Numbered from the stretch's first letter, positions 21,354 to 31,833 are shown. The stretch is 64,000 bases of DNA from an uncultured virus (IMG/VR IMGVR_UViG_3300046170_000325) (IMGVR_UViG_3300046170_000325), one strand, 5' to 3'. The notes: generated from the sequence alone by a model not told the origin. Made by a program: numbers and translations.

Positions 21354-21673
21354 TGGGCAAATTAAAAGAATGGGTTAATCAAGACTGGGTTCGTATAGGC
21401 ACAGATGGATCTATTAAAGGTAAATGTGGTACAAGCGAAAATAAAAAAAATCCAGATCGTTGTTTACCAAGAGCAAAAGCACAAAGTTTAAGTAAATCAG
21501 AAAGAGCAAAAACTGCTAGAAAAAAGAAAGCAGCTGGAGCTAGAGGAAAAACTGTTGTTGCTAACACAAAGAAAGCAAAAGTGTCTTTTAAGAATGGCGG
21601 AGAGGTTAGAAAGATTGCAAGAGGTTGTGGTAAAGTAATGAACAATAGAAGAAAAAAAACTAAATATTCATAG
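21353..21673 (+). CDS. Small basic phage protein
   Basis: LKEWVNQDWVRI...KCG...RCLP; FKNGGEV...ARGCG. Confidence 0.6.
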   Translation: MGKLKEWVNQDWVRIGTDGSIKGKCGTSENKKNPDRCLPRAKAQSLSKSERAKTARKKKAAGARGKTVVANTKKAKVSFKNGGEVRKIARGCGKVMNNRRKKTKYS

Positions 21674-21682
21674 GAGTAAATT

Positions 21683-21913
21683 ATGTTTAAAAAAACCAAA
21701 GGCTATGCTAATGGTGGTATGGTTAAAGGCACTAAGTATATGTCCAAAGGTGGATCTGCATCTAAAGGAACTAAGTATATGTCCAAAGGCGGATCAGCTT
21801 CTAAAGGTACTAAGTACATGTCTAAGGGCGGAGCAATGAAAGGCACTAAATATATGGCAAAAGGTGGAGCTATGAAGGGTACTAAGTACATGTCTAAGGG
21901 CGGAAAAGTATAA
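21683..21913 (+). CDS. Basic protein built from five tandem KGTKYM(S/A)KGG repeats
   Basis: 36-39 bp DNA repeat units that vary at synonymous positions. Confidence 0.7.
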   Translation: MFKKTKGYANGGMVKGTKYMSKGGSASKGTKYMSKGGSASKGTKYMSKGGAMKGTKYMAKGGAMKGTKYMSKGGKV

Positions 21914-21946
21914 TAAATTTTTTACAAAAACAAAGGAGAGAGTGTT

Positions 21947-22627
21947 TTGTCATATTTAATTTCAAACATCCCGCAGTTTAAATGCTGGGTGAGAAAAGAG
22001 TTTACAGCCAACCATAGTAATTATCACGGAGAGTATTTACATGCTCTTGTTATAGCTGTTAATACCATTCCAGATAGATCCTTATCGTTTCAAGTAGTCT
22101 TTACAGGTTGCGAAATAGATAACGAAGAAGATGCACCTAATGTTCATGGCGGTGCTATGTGGGCAAGAATGCCTATTCAAGCTTTAGTAGCAGATATACC
22201 ATTACAAGAATGGCCTTCTCCTATGGAAGATCATTTAGCTCAACCATGGGATTGTCTTAGCCATGATCATTCTGTTGTAGTTTTAGATAGGGTTAGTTCA
22301 TCTCCTTGGATATGTAAAATAGGTGGAGAGTTCTATACAGGAAAATATTTATTTACAGTAGACTACACAGAAAATTCAATAGCTGATGATTCTGCTCAAC
22401 ATAAGCAATCACATGTGTTATATTTAACAGACGCTGGTGAGTATACTGGTAACTTTGTAGCTTTACCTAATAACAGAGTAAGAGCTACGAACCCTGCTTT
22501 ATGGCGTGTTGGAGAAGGAGCACCAGACTTTATGCCTTCTCAATGGACGCATTCAGCAGAACAACATGAGAGTTATATGGATCCGAACATAACATTTAAT
22601 AATTTATATGCTCCAGAGGAAGATTAA
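21947..22627 (+). CDS. Phage hypothetical protein
   Basis: TTG start with AAGGAG SD; HGGAMWARMPI, QPWDC, HKQSHVL, ALPNNRVR. Confidence 0.65.
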   Translation: MSYLISNIPQFKCWVRKEFTANHSNYHGEYLHALVIAVNTIPDRSLSFQVVFTGCEIDNEEDAPNVHGGAMWARMPIQALVADIPLQEWPSPMEDHLAQPWDCLSHDHSVVVLDRVSSSPWICKIGGEFYTGKYLFTVDYTENSIADDSAQHKQSHVLYLTDAGEYTGNFVALPNNRVRATNPALWRVGEGAPDFMPSQWTHSAEQHESYMDPNITFNNLYAPEED

Positions 22628-23302
22628 ATGACAACATCAAGTAGTACAAACTTTGAGCCAGATGTAACTGAGTTTATAGAAGAAGCATTTGAAAGATGTG
22701 GATTAGAACTTCGTACTGGTTATGATCTAAAAACAGCAAAAAGATCTATTAATCTTATGTTAGCTGAATGGGCTAACCGTGGTCTTAATCAATGGACTAT
22801 AGAACAGACAACTCAAACAGTTACTAAAGGCACTAACCAATATACTTTAAACTCTAATGTTATTGATATATTAGATTGCTCCATTAGAAGAGATACTGAT
22901 GGAACTAACCTTGATTTACAAATGTCTAAGATCAGCAGAAGTGAATATCTAAATATTCCAACCAAGTCTACTGAAGCTAGACCTACTCAGTTCTTTCTTG
23001 ATAAACAAGTAAGTCCTGTTTTAAATATATGGCCTACGCCAGAGAATAGTACAGATGTATTAGTCTTTAATAAACTAGTGAGAATGGATGATGCCGACAC
23101 CGCCACAAATACAATGGATATGCCTTTTAGGTTTTTTCCTTGCTTCGCTGCTGGTCTTGCTTATTACATAGCTATTAAGAAAGCACCAGAGAGAGTTGTT
23201 ATGTTAAAGCAAATGTATGAAGATGAATTTGAAAGAGCTCTATCTCAAGATGAAGACAGTGCTTCATTTAGAATTGCACCATACTTAAGACACGGGTACT
23301 AA
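22628..23302 (+). CDS. Head-tail adaptor / connector-like protein
   Basis: IEEAFERCG, SINLMLAEWANRGLNQWT, LNIWPTP, GLAYYIA, YEDEFERA. Confidence 0.65.
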   Translation: MTTSSSTNFEPDVTEFIEEAFERCGLELRTGYDLKTAKRSINLMLAEWANRGLNQWTIEQTTQTVTKGTNQYTLNSNVIDILDCSIRRDTDGTNLDLQMSKISRSEYLNIPTKSTEARPTQFFLDKQVSPVLNIWPTPENSTDVLVFNKLVRMDDADTATNTMDMPFRFFPCFAAGLAYYIAIKKAPERVVMLKQMYEDEFERALSQDEDSASFRIAPYLRHGY

Positions 23303-23303
23303 A

Positions 23304-23636
23304 ATGGCTTACGCAGCTGGTAAATTTGCAAAGGCTCTTTGCGATAGATGTGGATTTGAATACAAGCTGTCGCAACTAAGAGAAGAATGGAACGGTTTAA
23401 AAACCTGTAGAGATTGTTTTGAGCCTAAACATCCACAACTTGAGCCATTACCACACGTATCAGATGCAGAAGCTTTATATAAACCTAGACCTAATAATGA
23501 TGTAGAATTAGGAGAAGGAGCTGTTTACACAAATGATGGCAATTCTAATTCTTCAATGACAGCTGATCCTATAGGATCTAAGATATTAGGATATGAAATG
23601 ACAGGTTCCCTTGGCGAGGTTACAATAACAGTATGA
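23304..23636 (+). CDS. Zn-ribbon-like phage protein
   Basis: CDRCG...CRDC motif; EPKHPQL. Confidence 0.65.
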   Translation: MAYAAGKFAKALCDRCGFEYKLSQLREEWNGLKTCRDCFEPKHPQLEPLPHVSDAEALYKPRPNNDVELGEGAVYTNDGNSNSSMTADPIGSKILGYEMTGSLGEVTITV

Positions 23637-24307
23637 CATTATCAGAGTTAAAAACATTAATTAAAAATTACGTACAAAACGAAGAGACTACTTTTGTATC
23701 TACTCTTGACGATATGATCAAGAATACAGAAGAAAGATTGTTTGAATTAATACAGTTTGATTTTTTTAGAAAAAATGTAACAGGTGTTTTAACAACTGGA
23801 AATACATATCTAACAGCACCCACAGATTATAATTTAAGTTTTTCACTAGCTGTTATAGACGCTAGTGGTGATTATCATTACTTAGAAAAAAAACATGGAA
23901 GCTTCATGAGAGAATATACTCCTGATCCTACAGACACATCATTAAGAGGATTGCCAAAATATTATGGAGATTTTGATAAAGAATTATCTACTGCTTCAAA
24001 TAATGGATCTACATTAATTGTAGCACCAATTCCAGATGCAGATTATTCAGTAGAGTTACATTACTTATACAAACCTAATAGTTTAGTAACTGACACAACA
24101 GGAACATGGTTATCACAAAATGCTAGAAACGCATTGTTATATGGATGTTTATATGAAGCATATACTTTTATGAAAGGTGATACTGATCTTTTAGCTTTAT
24201 ATGAAAATAGATTTCAACAAGAAACTGCAAGGTTAAAAAACAAAGCAGAGGCTAGAGGAAGAAAAGACGAATATCGTTACGATTCTATTAGAAACGCTAC
24301 CACTTAA
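23633..24307 (+). CDS. Adaptor / tail tubular A-like protein
   Basis: GLPKYY, VAPIPDADYSVELHY, ALLYGCLYEAYTFMKG. Confidence 0.6.
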   Translation: MTLSELKTLIKNYVQNEETTFVSTLDDMIKNTEERLFELIQFDFFRKNVTGVLTTGNTYLTAPTDYNLSFSLAVIDASGDYHYLEKKHGSFMREYTPDPTDTSLRGLPKYYGDFDKELSTASNNGSTLIVAPIPDADYSVELHYLYKPNSLVTDTTGTWLSQNARNALLYGCLYEAYTFMKGDTDLLALYENRFQQETARLKNKAEARGRKDEYRYDSIRNATT

Positions 24308-24318
24308 GGAGAGAGAAG

Positions 24319-25050
24319 ATGGAGAGAGTAGAAAACCTAAAAGGTAAAACTATAGCTATTGTCGGTCTTGGCAAAAGTTGGTTTGATTATAATTTAGCAA
24401 AATCACACGGAGTTCACTTTGATGAGGTATGGGCTATAAATGGTGTGGCTAGTGTTATCTATCATGATAGAGTATTTATGATGGATCCTGCGTCTAGGTT
24501 TTTAGATACAGATGATGCTGGTGGTCAAACAGAAATGATGGCTAAGATGTTACAAGAACATGAAGGGCCTATATATACATGCGAATTAGATAAGCGTTGT
24601 CCAGGTTTAGTTAATTATCCAATAGAGAATGTAATCAAGGACACTAACTGCTATTACTTAAATAATACGGTTGCCTACGCAATAGCTTTTGCGTTATGGA
24701 ATGAGGTTGCTGTTTTAAAAATGTTTGGTGTAGATTTTTCATATAAAGAAAACTTACATTTTGCAGAAGCAGGAAGAGGTTGTACTGAGTTTTGGTTAAG
24801 CAAATGTATTTCAGCAGGTATGCGAGTAGAAATAGCAAGCACATCTGGGTTATTAGATACAGACGTAACACCAGAACAAAAGTTATATGGTTATCATAGG
24901 TTGGCAGATCCTTTGGTAGTAATATCTGATGAAGAAGGTTTAAAGATTGAAAAATTAAATAATTTAAAAATAACAAAAAAAGTACATGAACCTGTGTTAA
25001 TAGATAGAAATGACTCACACTTAAAACCACCCGAGCCAAACAAATGGTAG
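24319..25050 (+). CDS. Rossmann-like putative transferase
   Basis: IAIVGLGKS, EVWAING, NNTVAYAIAFA, MFGVDFSY resemble sialyltransferase/MptE-like folds. Confidence 0.4.
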   Translation: MERVENLKGKTIAIVGLGKSWFDYNLAKSHGVHFDEVWAINGVASVIYHDRVFMMDPASRFLDTDDAGGQTEMMAKMLQEHEGPIYTCELDKRCPGLVNYPIENVIKDTNCYYLNNTVAYAIAFALWNEVAVLKMFGVDFSYKENLHFAEAGRGCTEFWLSKCISAGMRVEIASTSGLLDTDVTPEQKLYGYHRLADPLVVISDEEGLKIEKLNNLKITKKVHEPVLIDRNDSHLKPPEPNKW

Positions 25051-25343
25051 ATAAAATAACACCAGCAGGAATACCTGGATTAGGCATTATAGAAGCAAAA
25101 ACTACTAACTATGGTGGTCATCCTCCAGAGTTTTGGGCAGAAAGACTTACTGAGAAAATAGTGAGCAGTAGCGATAGTAAAGATCCATATATTAAAGAAC
25201 AAGCTAGAGCTTATAGAGATGTGATTTATCAAGTTTGTTTGATTTATATAAAAAATGCTTTAAAATCTTATAAAGCAACTTTGATACAAGATTTATCTGG
25301 TCAAGGTAGCGAAGATATAGCAAAAATAATTAAAGGTATTTAA
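25044..25343 (+). CDS. Phage hypothetical protein
   Basis: TTNYGGHPPEFWAER; overlaps the upstream gene. Confidence 0.6.
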   Translation: MVDKITPAGIPGLGIIEAKTTNYGGHPPEFWAERLTEKIVSSSDSKDPYIKEQARAYRDVIYQVCLIYIKNALKSYKATLIQDLSGQGSEDIAKIIKGI

Positions 25344-25344
25344 T

Positions 25345-25770
25345 ATGGCCATTACATCAACATTAACTACAAGTTTTAAAAAAGAACTATTGACTGCAAC
25401 ACACAATTTTGCAACTAATGGTAATGCTTTCAAACTTGCTTTATTCACAAGTTCTGCCACTATGGGAGCAACTACAACTGCTTATTCAACTTCACAAGAA
25501 TCAAGTGGTACTAACTACACAGCAGGCGGTAATACTTTAACTAAAGTTGCACCGACAAGTTCTGGAACTACTGGTTTTACTGATTTTGCAGATTTAACTT
25601 TTGGTACAGCAACTGTTACAGCTAGAGGTTGTCTTATTTATAACGACACCAATAGCGATAAGTCAGTAGCAACAATCGACTTTGGTGGAGATAAAACTTC
25701 AACAGCAGGCGACTTTACAATAGTTTTTCCAGCAGCAGCGGCAAGCACAGCGATTATACGTATAGCTTAA
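25345..25770 (+). CDS. Putative tail/virion protein
   Basis: T/A/G-rich; FKLALFTS, YTAGG, ARGCLIYN, DFGGDKTST. Confidence 0.65.
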   Translation: MAITSTLTTSFKKELLTATHNFATNGNAFKLALFTSSATMGATTTAYSTSQESSGTNYTAGGNTLTKVAPTSSGTTGFTDFADLTFGTATVTARGCLIYNDTNSDKSVATIDFGGDKTSTAGDFTIVFPAAAASTAIIRIA

Positions 25771-25771
25771 A

Positions 25772-26419
25772 ATGGCTGAGTTCCTTAACGGCTGGGGTCG
25801 AGGTACTTGGGGTCAACTCGCTTATGGTGAAGCAAGTGTTCCTCTTTCAATAACCGCACCCGCAGCAGGATCAACAGGTACACCAGTTGCAGCAGTAAAT
25901 GCTCAAGCTATAGTATCAGTAGGTGGAGTCACTGCTAGTTTAGGTGCTGTTAGTGTAAACATTCAAGCTGAAGCTAACGTAACACCTACAACTTTATTAG
26001 CAGCAGGTAATCTAGGTACGGCTACAACAACCTCAGTAAATAATATAAGCGTAAGTGGACTAAATGGCACATCAGCTTTAGGTACGGCAACTTTATCAAC
26101 AAACAATAATATACCTACTGATACTGATTTTGACTCACCTATGCTTGGAGTATTAGGTACTCTTATTCCAGTCAGTAATAATAATTTATCTGTTTCTGGA
26201 TTTGGTACAACATCAGCTTTAGGCACAAGTACAACCAAGACAGTAAATAATGTTTTTGTAACTGGGTTTGCAGGCACTTCTTCCTTAGGAACAGTCACTA
26301 CAGTTTGTAAAGCAAATATATCACCTGAACTAGGACAAGCAGAAGGTTTAGTAGGATCTACACGTGTTTGGAGCTTAATAAATGATACACAAACCCCTAA
26401 CTGGGAAGAAGTCGCTTAA
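25772..26419 (+). CDS. Putative tail protein with (S/T)ALGT repeats
   Basis: N-terminal GWGRGTWG; repeated G-x-x-x-T-S-A/S-L-G-T units. Confidence 0.6.
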   Translation: MAEFLNGWGRGTWGQLAYGEASVPLSITAPAAGSTGTPVAAVNAQAIVSVGGVTASLGAVSVNIQAEANVTPTTLLAAGNLGTATTTSVNNISVSGLNGTSALGTATLSTNNNIPTDTDFDSPMLGVLGTLIPVSNNNLSVSGFGTTSALGTSTTKTVNNVFVTGFAGTSSLGTVTTVCKANISPELGQAEGLVGSTRVWSLINDTQTPNWEEVA

Positions 26420-26464
26420 CTTTTATGAAAAAACAACTTATAATAAATTTGAACGGAGACAAGC

Positions 26465-27427
26465 ATGGCAACTTATGTAAATGATCTTAGGTTAAAAGAA
26501 ATAGCAACAGGTGACGAATCAGGTACCTGGGGCACAAGCACAAATACTAATCTAGAGCTTATAGGTGAAGCGTTTAGTTTTGGTACTGAGGCCATAACAA
26601 CAAACGCTGATACTCATACAACTACAATAGCTGATGGATCAACTGATCCTGGTAGATCTTTATATCTTAAATACACAGGTACTCTTGATAGTGCTTGTAC
26701 TATTACCATAGCACCCAATACCGTATCAAAACTTTGGTTTATTGAAAACGGTACTACTGGTTCACAAAACATAATTATTTCTCAAGGTAGTGGAGCTAAT
26801 ATAACAATACCTGCTGGAGATACTAAGTTAATTTACTCTGACGGAGCAGGTTCTGGTGCGGCAATGGTTGACGCTTTTGCTAGTCTTAACGTTGTAGATC
26901 TAAAAGTAGAAGATGATTTAACAGTTACAGATGATGTTGCTATAGGTGGACTAGCAACGGTTGGTGGTACATTAGGTGTTACAGGTATAGTTACGCTAAC
27001 TGATGATCTTATTATTGGTGACGGTAAAACGATAGGTTCTGCCTCAGACGTAGATGCTATGACTATTGCTTCTAATGGCCAAATAACGTTAACACAAACC
27101 TTAATCGGTACAGCCTTAGATATTTCAGGCGATATAGATGTAGACGGAACTACTAACTTAGATGTAGTAGATATAGACGGAGCTGTAGATATGGCTACCA
27201 CACTTACAGTTGGTGGTGAAATAACAGCAGCAAGTTTAGATATATCAGGAGATGTAGATATAGACGGCACATTAGAAACAGACGCTTTATCTATTGCAAG
27301 TACAACTATTACTTCAACAGCAGCAGAATTAAACTTTAGTGACGGAGTAACTTCCAACATACAAACCCAGCTCAATACAAAAACCTCAACAGGTAAAGCC
27401 ATTGCCATGGCTGTTGTATTCGGATAA
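26465..27427 (+). CDS. Putative tail fibre / spike protein
   Basis: GDESGTWGTSTNTNLELI head; LDISGD(I/V)D(V/I)DGT repeats; ends GKAIAMAVVFG. Confidence 0.7.
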   Translation: MATYVNDLRLKEIATGDESGTWGTSTNTNLELIGEAFSFGTEAITTNADTHTTTIADGSTDPGRSLYLKYTGTLDSACTITIAPNTVSKLWFIENGTTGSQNIIISQGSGANITIPAGDTKLIYSDGAGSGAAMVDAFASLNVVDLKVEDDLTVTDDVAIGGLATVGGTLGVTGIVTLTDDLIIGDGKTIGSASDVDAMTIASNGQITLTQTLIGTALDISGDIDVDGTTNLDVVDIDGAVDMATTLTVGGEITAASLDISGDVDIDGTLETDALSIASTTITSTAAELNFSDGVTSNIQTQLNTKTSTGKAIAMAVVFG

Positions 27428-27441
27428 TTTAGGAGAAAAAT

Positions 27442-27807
27442 ATGGCAGCAGTAAATATAGTAAACGTAACTTCCATACAAGGATTTAATATGTGTGGAGC
27501 AGTCACAACTTCAGCAACAGATGTAATTGATGTACCTGCTGATGTTATATATAAAATAAACACAGTAATCATATCTAATGTAGATGGTACCAATTCAGCT
27601 AATATAACTGCTTCAGTATCAAGAGATAATGGTTCTAATTATTTTCATATAGCAAAAACAGTAGCAGTACCAGCAGATTCAACTTTAGTGCTTATTGACA
27701 AAAATTCAGGAATTTACTTGGATGAAACGGATTTATTAAGATTAACAGCTAGTGCTAATAGTGATTTAGAATATGTGATTTCTGGTGAAATATTAGGTGA
27801 CGCGTAA
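27442..27807 (+). CDS. Tail fibre-associated protein
   Basis: NVDGTNSA, VPADSTL, YLDETD; follows the fibre gene. Confidence 0.55.
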   Translation: MAAVNIVNVTSIQGFNMCGAVTTSATDVIDVPADVIYKINTVIISNVDGTNSANITASVSRDNGSNYFHIAKTVAVPADSTLVLIDKNSGIYLDETDLLRLTASANSDLEYVISGEILGDA

Positions 27808-27818
27808 GGAGTTAGGAA

Positions 27819-28280
27819 ATGGCTCATTTTGCAGAACTTGACAGCAACAACAAAGTAATACGAGTAATAGTAATATCCAACGAGGATGTAGATGCTAACG
27901 GTGGCGAGTTAAGTACAGAAGCAGAAACTTTTGTAGCTTCTGTAGTACCACACTCAGAAAGTGGTGTTGCTTGGAAACAAACTTCTTACAACCGTAATTT
28001 TAGAAAACGATTTGCAGGTATTGGCGTCACTTACGATAAAGTTAAAGATAAATTTATAGAACCACAACCCTTTCCCTCCTGGTATTTAAACACGAACGAT
28101 GATTGGCAAGCACCAGTAAATTTTCCAACTACAGTTGATATAGGTGGTCTTAGAGCTAACGCAACATGGGATGAAGTTAATCGAAGATGGATAGGTAAAA
28201 CATTTGACGAAACTACTGACCCAGTAACAGAAACTGACTACGTTTGGAGCACCAGTAATCTACAATGGAGCGAGGTTTAA
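27819..28280 (+). CDS. Tail fibre-associated protein (MAHFAEL type)
   Basis: MAHFAELD, WKQTSYN, FRKRFAGIG, PQPFPSW. Confidence 0.6.
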   Translation: MAHFAELDSNNKVIRVIVISNEDVDANGGELSTEAETFVASVVPHSESGVAWKQTSYNRNFRKRFAGIGVTYDKVKDKFIEPQPFPSWYLNTNDDWQAPVNFPTTVDIGGLRANATWDEVNRRWIGKTFDETTDPVTETDYVWSTSNLQWSEV

Positions 28281-28284
28281 TATT

Positions 28285-29304
28285 ATGCCTATTACAAAAA
28301 TTCAAAGAAGTCCATTAATTGGTGCAGCCCAAGACCCAGTTTTTTCAGCAAAAGTAACATCTTTTAACAGTAGTACAAACTATGCAGTACCTTCTAAAAC
28401 AACCTCAGTAACTTATTTAGTAGTTGCTGGTGGTGGAGCAGGAGGTTTTTTTGGCGGAGGTGGAGGAGCTGGTGGTTACAGGTCATCTACACCAGGCGAA
28501 GCATCTGGTGGTGGAGCTTCCGCAGAATCAGCTTTAACTGTTACCGCAGGCTCAACAGTACCTGTTGTAGTTGGAGCAGGGGGGGTTGCTGTAGGAGCAC
28601 ATGGAGAATGGCGACCTGGAGCAGATTCTAGTTTTGGCCCCATAACTTCTGCTGGCGGAGGCTCAGGCGGAAGTAGGTTTGCTTATACTAATCCAAGTGG
28701 TAATGCTGGTGGTAGTCAGCTTGGACAAGATGGAGGCTCAGGCGGAGGTTCTGGTATTTGGTATGGTGTTGGTAATAAACCTGACGGAAGCGCTGCAGGT
28801 GCAGGAACAGCTAATCAAGGTTATCCAGGTGGAGGTGCTAGAAGTCCAGACTCAAACTATGGTTGTGCTGTAGGTGGCGGTGGAGCAGGTGAAGCAGGTC
28901 AAAAAGGTAATCCTGATAATGTTATTGGAGGTAGAGGCGGACAAGGTGTAGCATCTTCTATTACAGGTTCTCCAGTAGCTAGAGCAGACGGTGGTGGAGG
29001 AGCAGCAGGTGATAGCAATCTTTCAGCTCCTAATGACAAAGGAGGAGCTCCTGGTCCAGGAGGAACTGGCGGAACAGGATATGGAAGCGGCTCTGCATCT
29101 GATTTGGCATCAACTGCTGGTGCTGTTAATAAAGGTGGCGGTGGCGGTGGTGGTACTTATGGCCCTGCATCTTCGTCAAGAATGGGTGGCAACGGTGGTT
29201 CAGGATTTGTTGCTGTTAATGATCCAAACGGTGATTTTAGTGCATCAAGTGTTTGGAATTTAAGAAAAGTATATGAATTAAAAAAAGACGGCGATTGGAT
29301 TTAA
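28285..29304 (+). CDS. Glycine-rich tail fibre / receptor-binding protein
   Basis: YLVVAGGGAGG, GGGGAGG, VVVGAGG, GGNGGSG repeats. Confidence 0.75.
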   Translation: MPITKIQRSPLIGAAQDPVFSAKVTSFNSSTNYAVPSKTTSVTYLVVAGGGAGGFFGGGGGAGGYRSSTPGEASGGGASAESALTVTAGSTVPVVVGAGGVAVGAHGEWRPGADSSFGPITSAGGGSGGSRFAYTNPSGNAGGSQLGQDGGSGGGSGIWYGVGNKPDGSAAGAGTANQGYPGGGARSPDSNYGCAVGGGGAGEAGQKGNPDNVIGGRGGQGVASSITGSPVARADGGGGAAGDSNLSAPNDKGGAPGPGGTGGTGYGSGSASDLASTAGAVNKGGGGGGGTYGPASSSRMGGNGGSGFVAVNDPNGDFSASSVWNLRKVYELKKDGDWI

Positions 29305-29316
29305 CTTAGCCTATCA

Positions 29317-30084
29317 ATGGAATTATATTTTTGTATTAGTTTACAACGTGCAGGTAACACTTTACTCGGAAGCATTTTAAATCAAAACCCAGATATAACC
29401 CTTACAGCTAACAGTCCTCTTACTGAAATTATTTACCAACTTGACTTAATAAAAACCAATAAAGAAATTCCTCAACAGCAAAACTTTCCTCATCACGGTT
29501 CTTTAGATAATGTTATTAGAAAAACTTTCTATACTTATTCTGAAACATTTAAAACAAAATATGTTATTAATAGATGTAATTGGGGATCAGATGGCAACCT
29601 TGAATTATTAGAAAAGTATTTTGATAAAAAGATTAAATTTTTAATTTTGTACAGAAACCCTTTAGATTGCCTAGCTTCGTTATTAAAAGCATTTAAAGTT
29701 AAAAAAGAGAATATTGAAATAGATGCAGACTATTTTATGAACCCAGAAACAGGTGTTTTAGGAAATGTAATTAAGCAAATTCCTTTAGTACAAAAAAACT
29801 ATGAGCATTTATTTATTACATACGACCAGTTGATCGCTAACCCACAAAGTACAGTTAATAGTGTTTATGATTTTTTTAATATACCTAAGTTTGAACACAC
29901 TTATACAAACCTTAAACAATTTGAAATACAAGGTGTGCAATATGATGATTCTATTTTTGGTGATGTAGATTTACATACAATAAGAACGGATAAAATAGAA
30001 AAGAAAACATACCCAATAGAAGATTTTTTACTTCCTTCTGTTATAAAAAAATATAAACACATAGGAAAAGAATATGAATCTTAA
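29317..30084 (+). CDS. Sulfotransferase-family protein
   Basis: SLQRAGNTLLGSILNQNP (PAPS-binding loop), LYRNPLDCLAS, ITYDQL. Confidence 0.75.
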   Translation: MELYFCISLQRAGNTLLGSILNQNPDITLTANSPLTEIIYQLDLIKTNKEIPQQQNFPHHGSLDNVIRKTFYTYSETFKTKYVINRCNWGSDGNLELLEKYFDKKIKFLILYRNPLDCLASLLKAFKVKKENIEIDADYFMNPETGVLGNVIKQIPLVQKNYEHLFITYDQLIANPQSTVNSVYDFFNIPKFEHTYTNLKQFEIQGVQYDDSIFGDVDLHTIRTDKIEKKTYPIEDFLLPSVIKKYKHIGKEYES

Positions 30085-30694
30085 ATGGTATTATTGGTAT
30101 TTTAAATCTGCTATACCAGAAAAAATATGTGACGATATAGTACGTTATGGTAAAGAACAAGATAAACAAATAGCTACTACAGGAGGCACTAATAAAAACG
30201 AACTTACAGAAGTAGAACTTAAAAACATTCAAAAGAAAAGAAAGTCAGATGTGGTATGGATGTCTGATAGATGGATATATAACGAAATACAACCTTACAT
30301 ACACCAAGCTAATGCAAACGCAAAATGGAATTTTGAATGGGACTGGTCAGAGCCTTGCCAATTTACTGAATATAAAAAAGGTCAGTTTTACGATTGGCAT
30401 TGTGATTCTTTTGAAGTACCTTATGACGAACCTGAAAATACAAATAGACATGGTAAGTTAAGAAAACTCAGTATGACTGTATCACTTACTGATCCCGAAG
30501 AATATGAAGGTGGAGATCTAGAATTTGATTTTAGAAATACAGACGAAGGTTCACAACCAAGAATATGTGAAGAAATAAGGCAAAAGGGAAGTGTAATTGT
30601 TTTTCCTTCTTTTGTTTGGCATAGAGTTAAACCTGTAACAAAAGGAACACGACACTCTTTAGTGTGTTGGAATTTAGGATACCCATTTAAATGA
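30074..30694 (+). CDS. 2OG-Fe(II) oxygenase (prolyl-4-hydroxylase-like)
   Basis: YDWHCD, RKLSMTVSL, YEGGDLEF, FPSFVWHRVKPVTKGTRHSLV. Confidence 0.9.
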   Translation: MNLKWYYWYFKSAIPEKICDDIVRYGKEQDKQIATTGGTNKNELTEVELKNIQKKRKSDVVWMSDRWIYNEIQPYIHQANANAKWNFEWDWSEPCQFTEYKKGQFYDWHCDSFEVPYDEPENTNRHGKLRKLSMTVSLTDPEEYEGGDLEFDFRNTDEGSQPRICEEIRQKGSVIVFPSFVWHRVKPVTKGTRHSLVCWNLGYPFK

Positions 30695-31287
30695 GTTTTA
30701 AAAAAAATAAATACCAAGTAATTAAAGGTGCTATATCAAAAGAACTAGCAGATTTTTGTTATCAATATTTTTTAAATAAAAGAGATGTAGCAAGATATTT
30801 GTTTGATGAAAAATATATATCACAGTTTACTGAATACTTTGGAGTTTGGAATGACAATCAAATACCTGAAACTTATTCACATTACGCTGATATAGTTATG
30901 GAAACTTTATTACAAAAAGTTAAGCCAATAATGGAAAAAGAATCAGGTGTAAAGCTAATTGAAACTTATTCTTATGCAAGGATTTATAAAAAAGGTGATG
31001 AGTTAAAAATACACAAAGATAGATATTCATGTGAAATATCTACCACTATGAATTTAGGTGGAGATGAATGGCCAATATATTTAGAACCCGATATTAAAGT
31101 AATTTTAAAACCAGGAGATATGTTAATGTATCGTGGTTGTGATTTAGAACATTGGAGAAAACCTTTCGAAGGTAAAGATTGTGGGCAAGTATTTTTACAC
31201 TACAACGATGCAAGTAATAAAGATGCTAAACAAAATAAATTTGATGGTAGACCTATGATTGGTTTACCTGCTTATTTTAAACAATGA
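30691..31287 (+). CDS. 2OG-Fe(II) oxygenase-like protein
   Basis: YSYARIY, HKDRYSCEIS, GDMLMYRGCDLEHWR, QVFLHY. Confidence 0.8.
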   Translation: MSFKKNKYQVIKGAISKELADFCYQYFLNKRDVARYLFDEKYISQFTEYFGVWNDNQIPETYSHYADIVMETLLQKVKPIMEKESGVKLIETYSYARIYKKGDELKIHKDRYSCEISTTMNLGGDEWPIYLEPDIKVILKPGDMLMYRGCDLEHWRKPFEGKDCGQVFLHYNDASNKDAKQNKFDGRPMIGLPAYFKQ

Positions 31288-31826
31288 ACTTTATAGGCGA
31301 ATATCAAATCAGTGAAGAAGCTGTTGATGAACTAATTAATTATTGGAACGTTAATAAAGCTAACGCAGAAGAAGGTAGAGTTGGTAATGGTAAGTTAGAT
31401 GAGAAAGTAAAAAAATCATTAGAGATAATGATCGATCCAGAAGATTTAACAAACCTTTTATATAAAAATGAATTATTAAAATGTTTAAAACAATATACTT
31501 TAAAATATAAATTTGCGGATAATGTAGAGTTTTATGGTATTAATCACCGTCCTAAAATACAATATTATGATAAAGGATGGGGTTTTTATAAATGGCATAT
31601 TGAAAATGACGGTAATCCTAGTGTTATAAACAGACACTTAGTTTTTAGCACATATTTAAACAATGTTAAAAACGGAGGAACAGAATTCTTATATCAAGAT
31701 TGTGTTACGAAAGCTAAAAAAGGCTCAACAATTATTTTTCCTGCGGGTTGGACACACGCTCATAGAGGACAAATATCTGAAAATCAAGAAAAGTATATTA
31801 TTACAGGGTGGTTTAATTTCTTATAG
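31284..31826 (+). CDS. 2OG-Fe(II) oxygenase
   Basis: WHIE, YLNNVKNGGTEF, IFPAGWTHAHRG, KYIITGW. Confidence 0.85.
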   Translation: MNFIGEYQISEEAVDELINYWNVNKANAEEGRVGNGKLDEKVKKSLEIMIDPEDLTNLLYKNELLKCLKQYTLKYKFADNVEFYGINHRPKIQYYDKGWGFYKWHIENDGNPSVINRHLVFSTYLNNVKNGGTEFLYQDCVTKAKKGSTIIFPAGWTHAHRGQISENQEKYIITGWFNFL

Positions 31827-31833
31827 GTAAAAA

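Noticed and set aside
21683..21913. 36-39 bp tandem repeats as a non-coding repeat array
   Set aside because: Variation is synonymous and in frame, so this is a coding peptide repeat.
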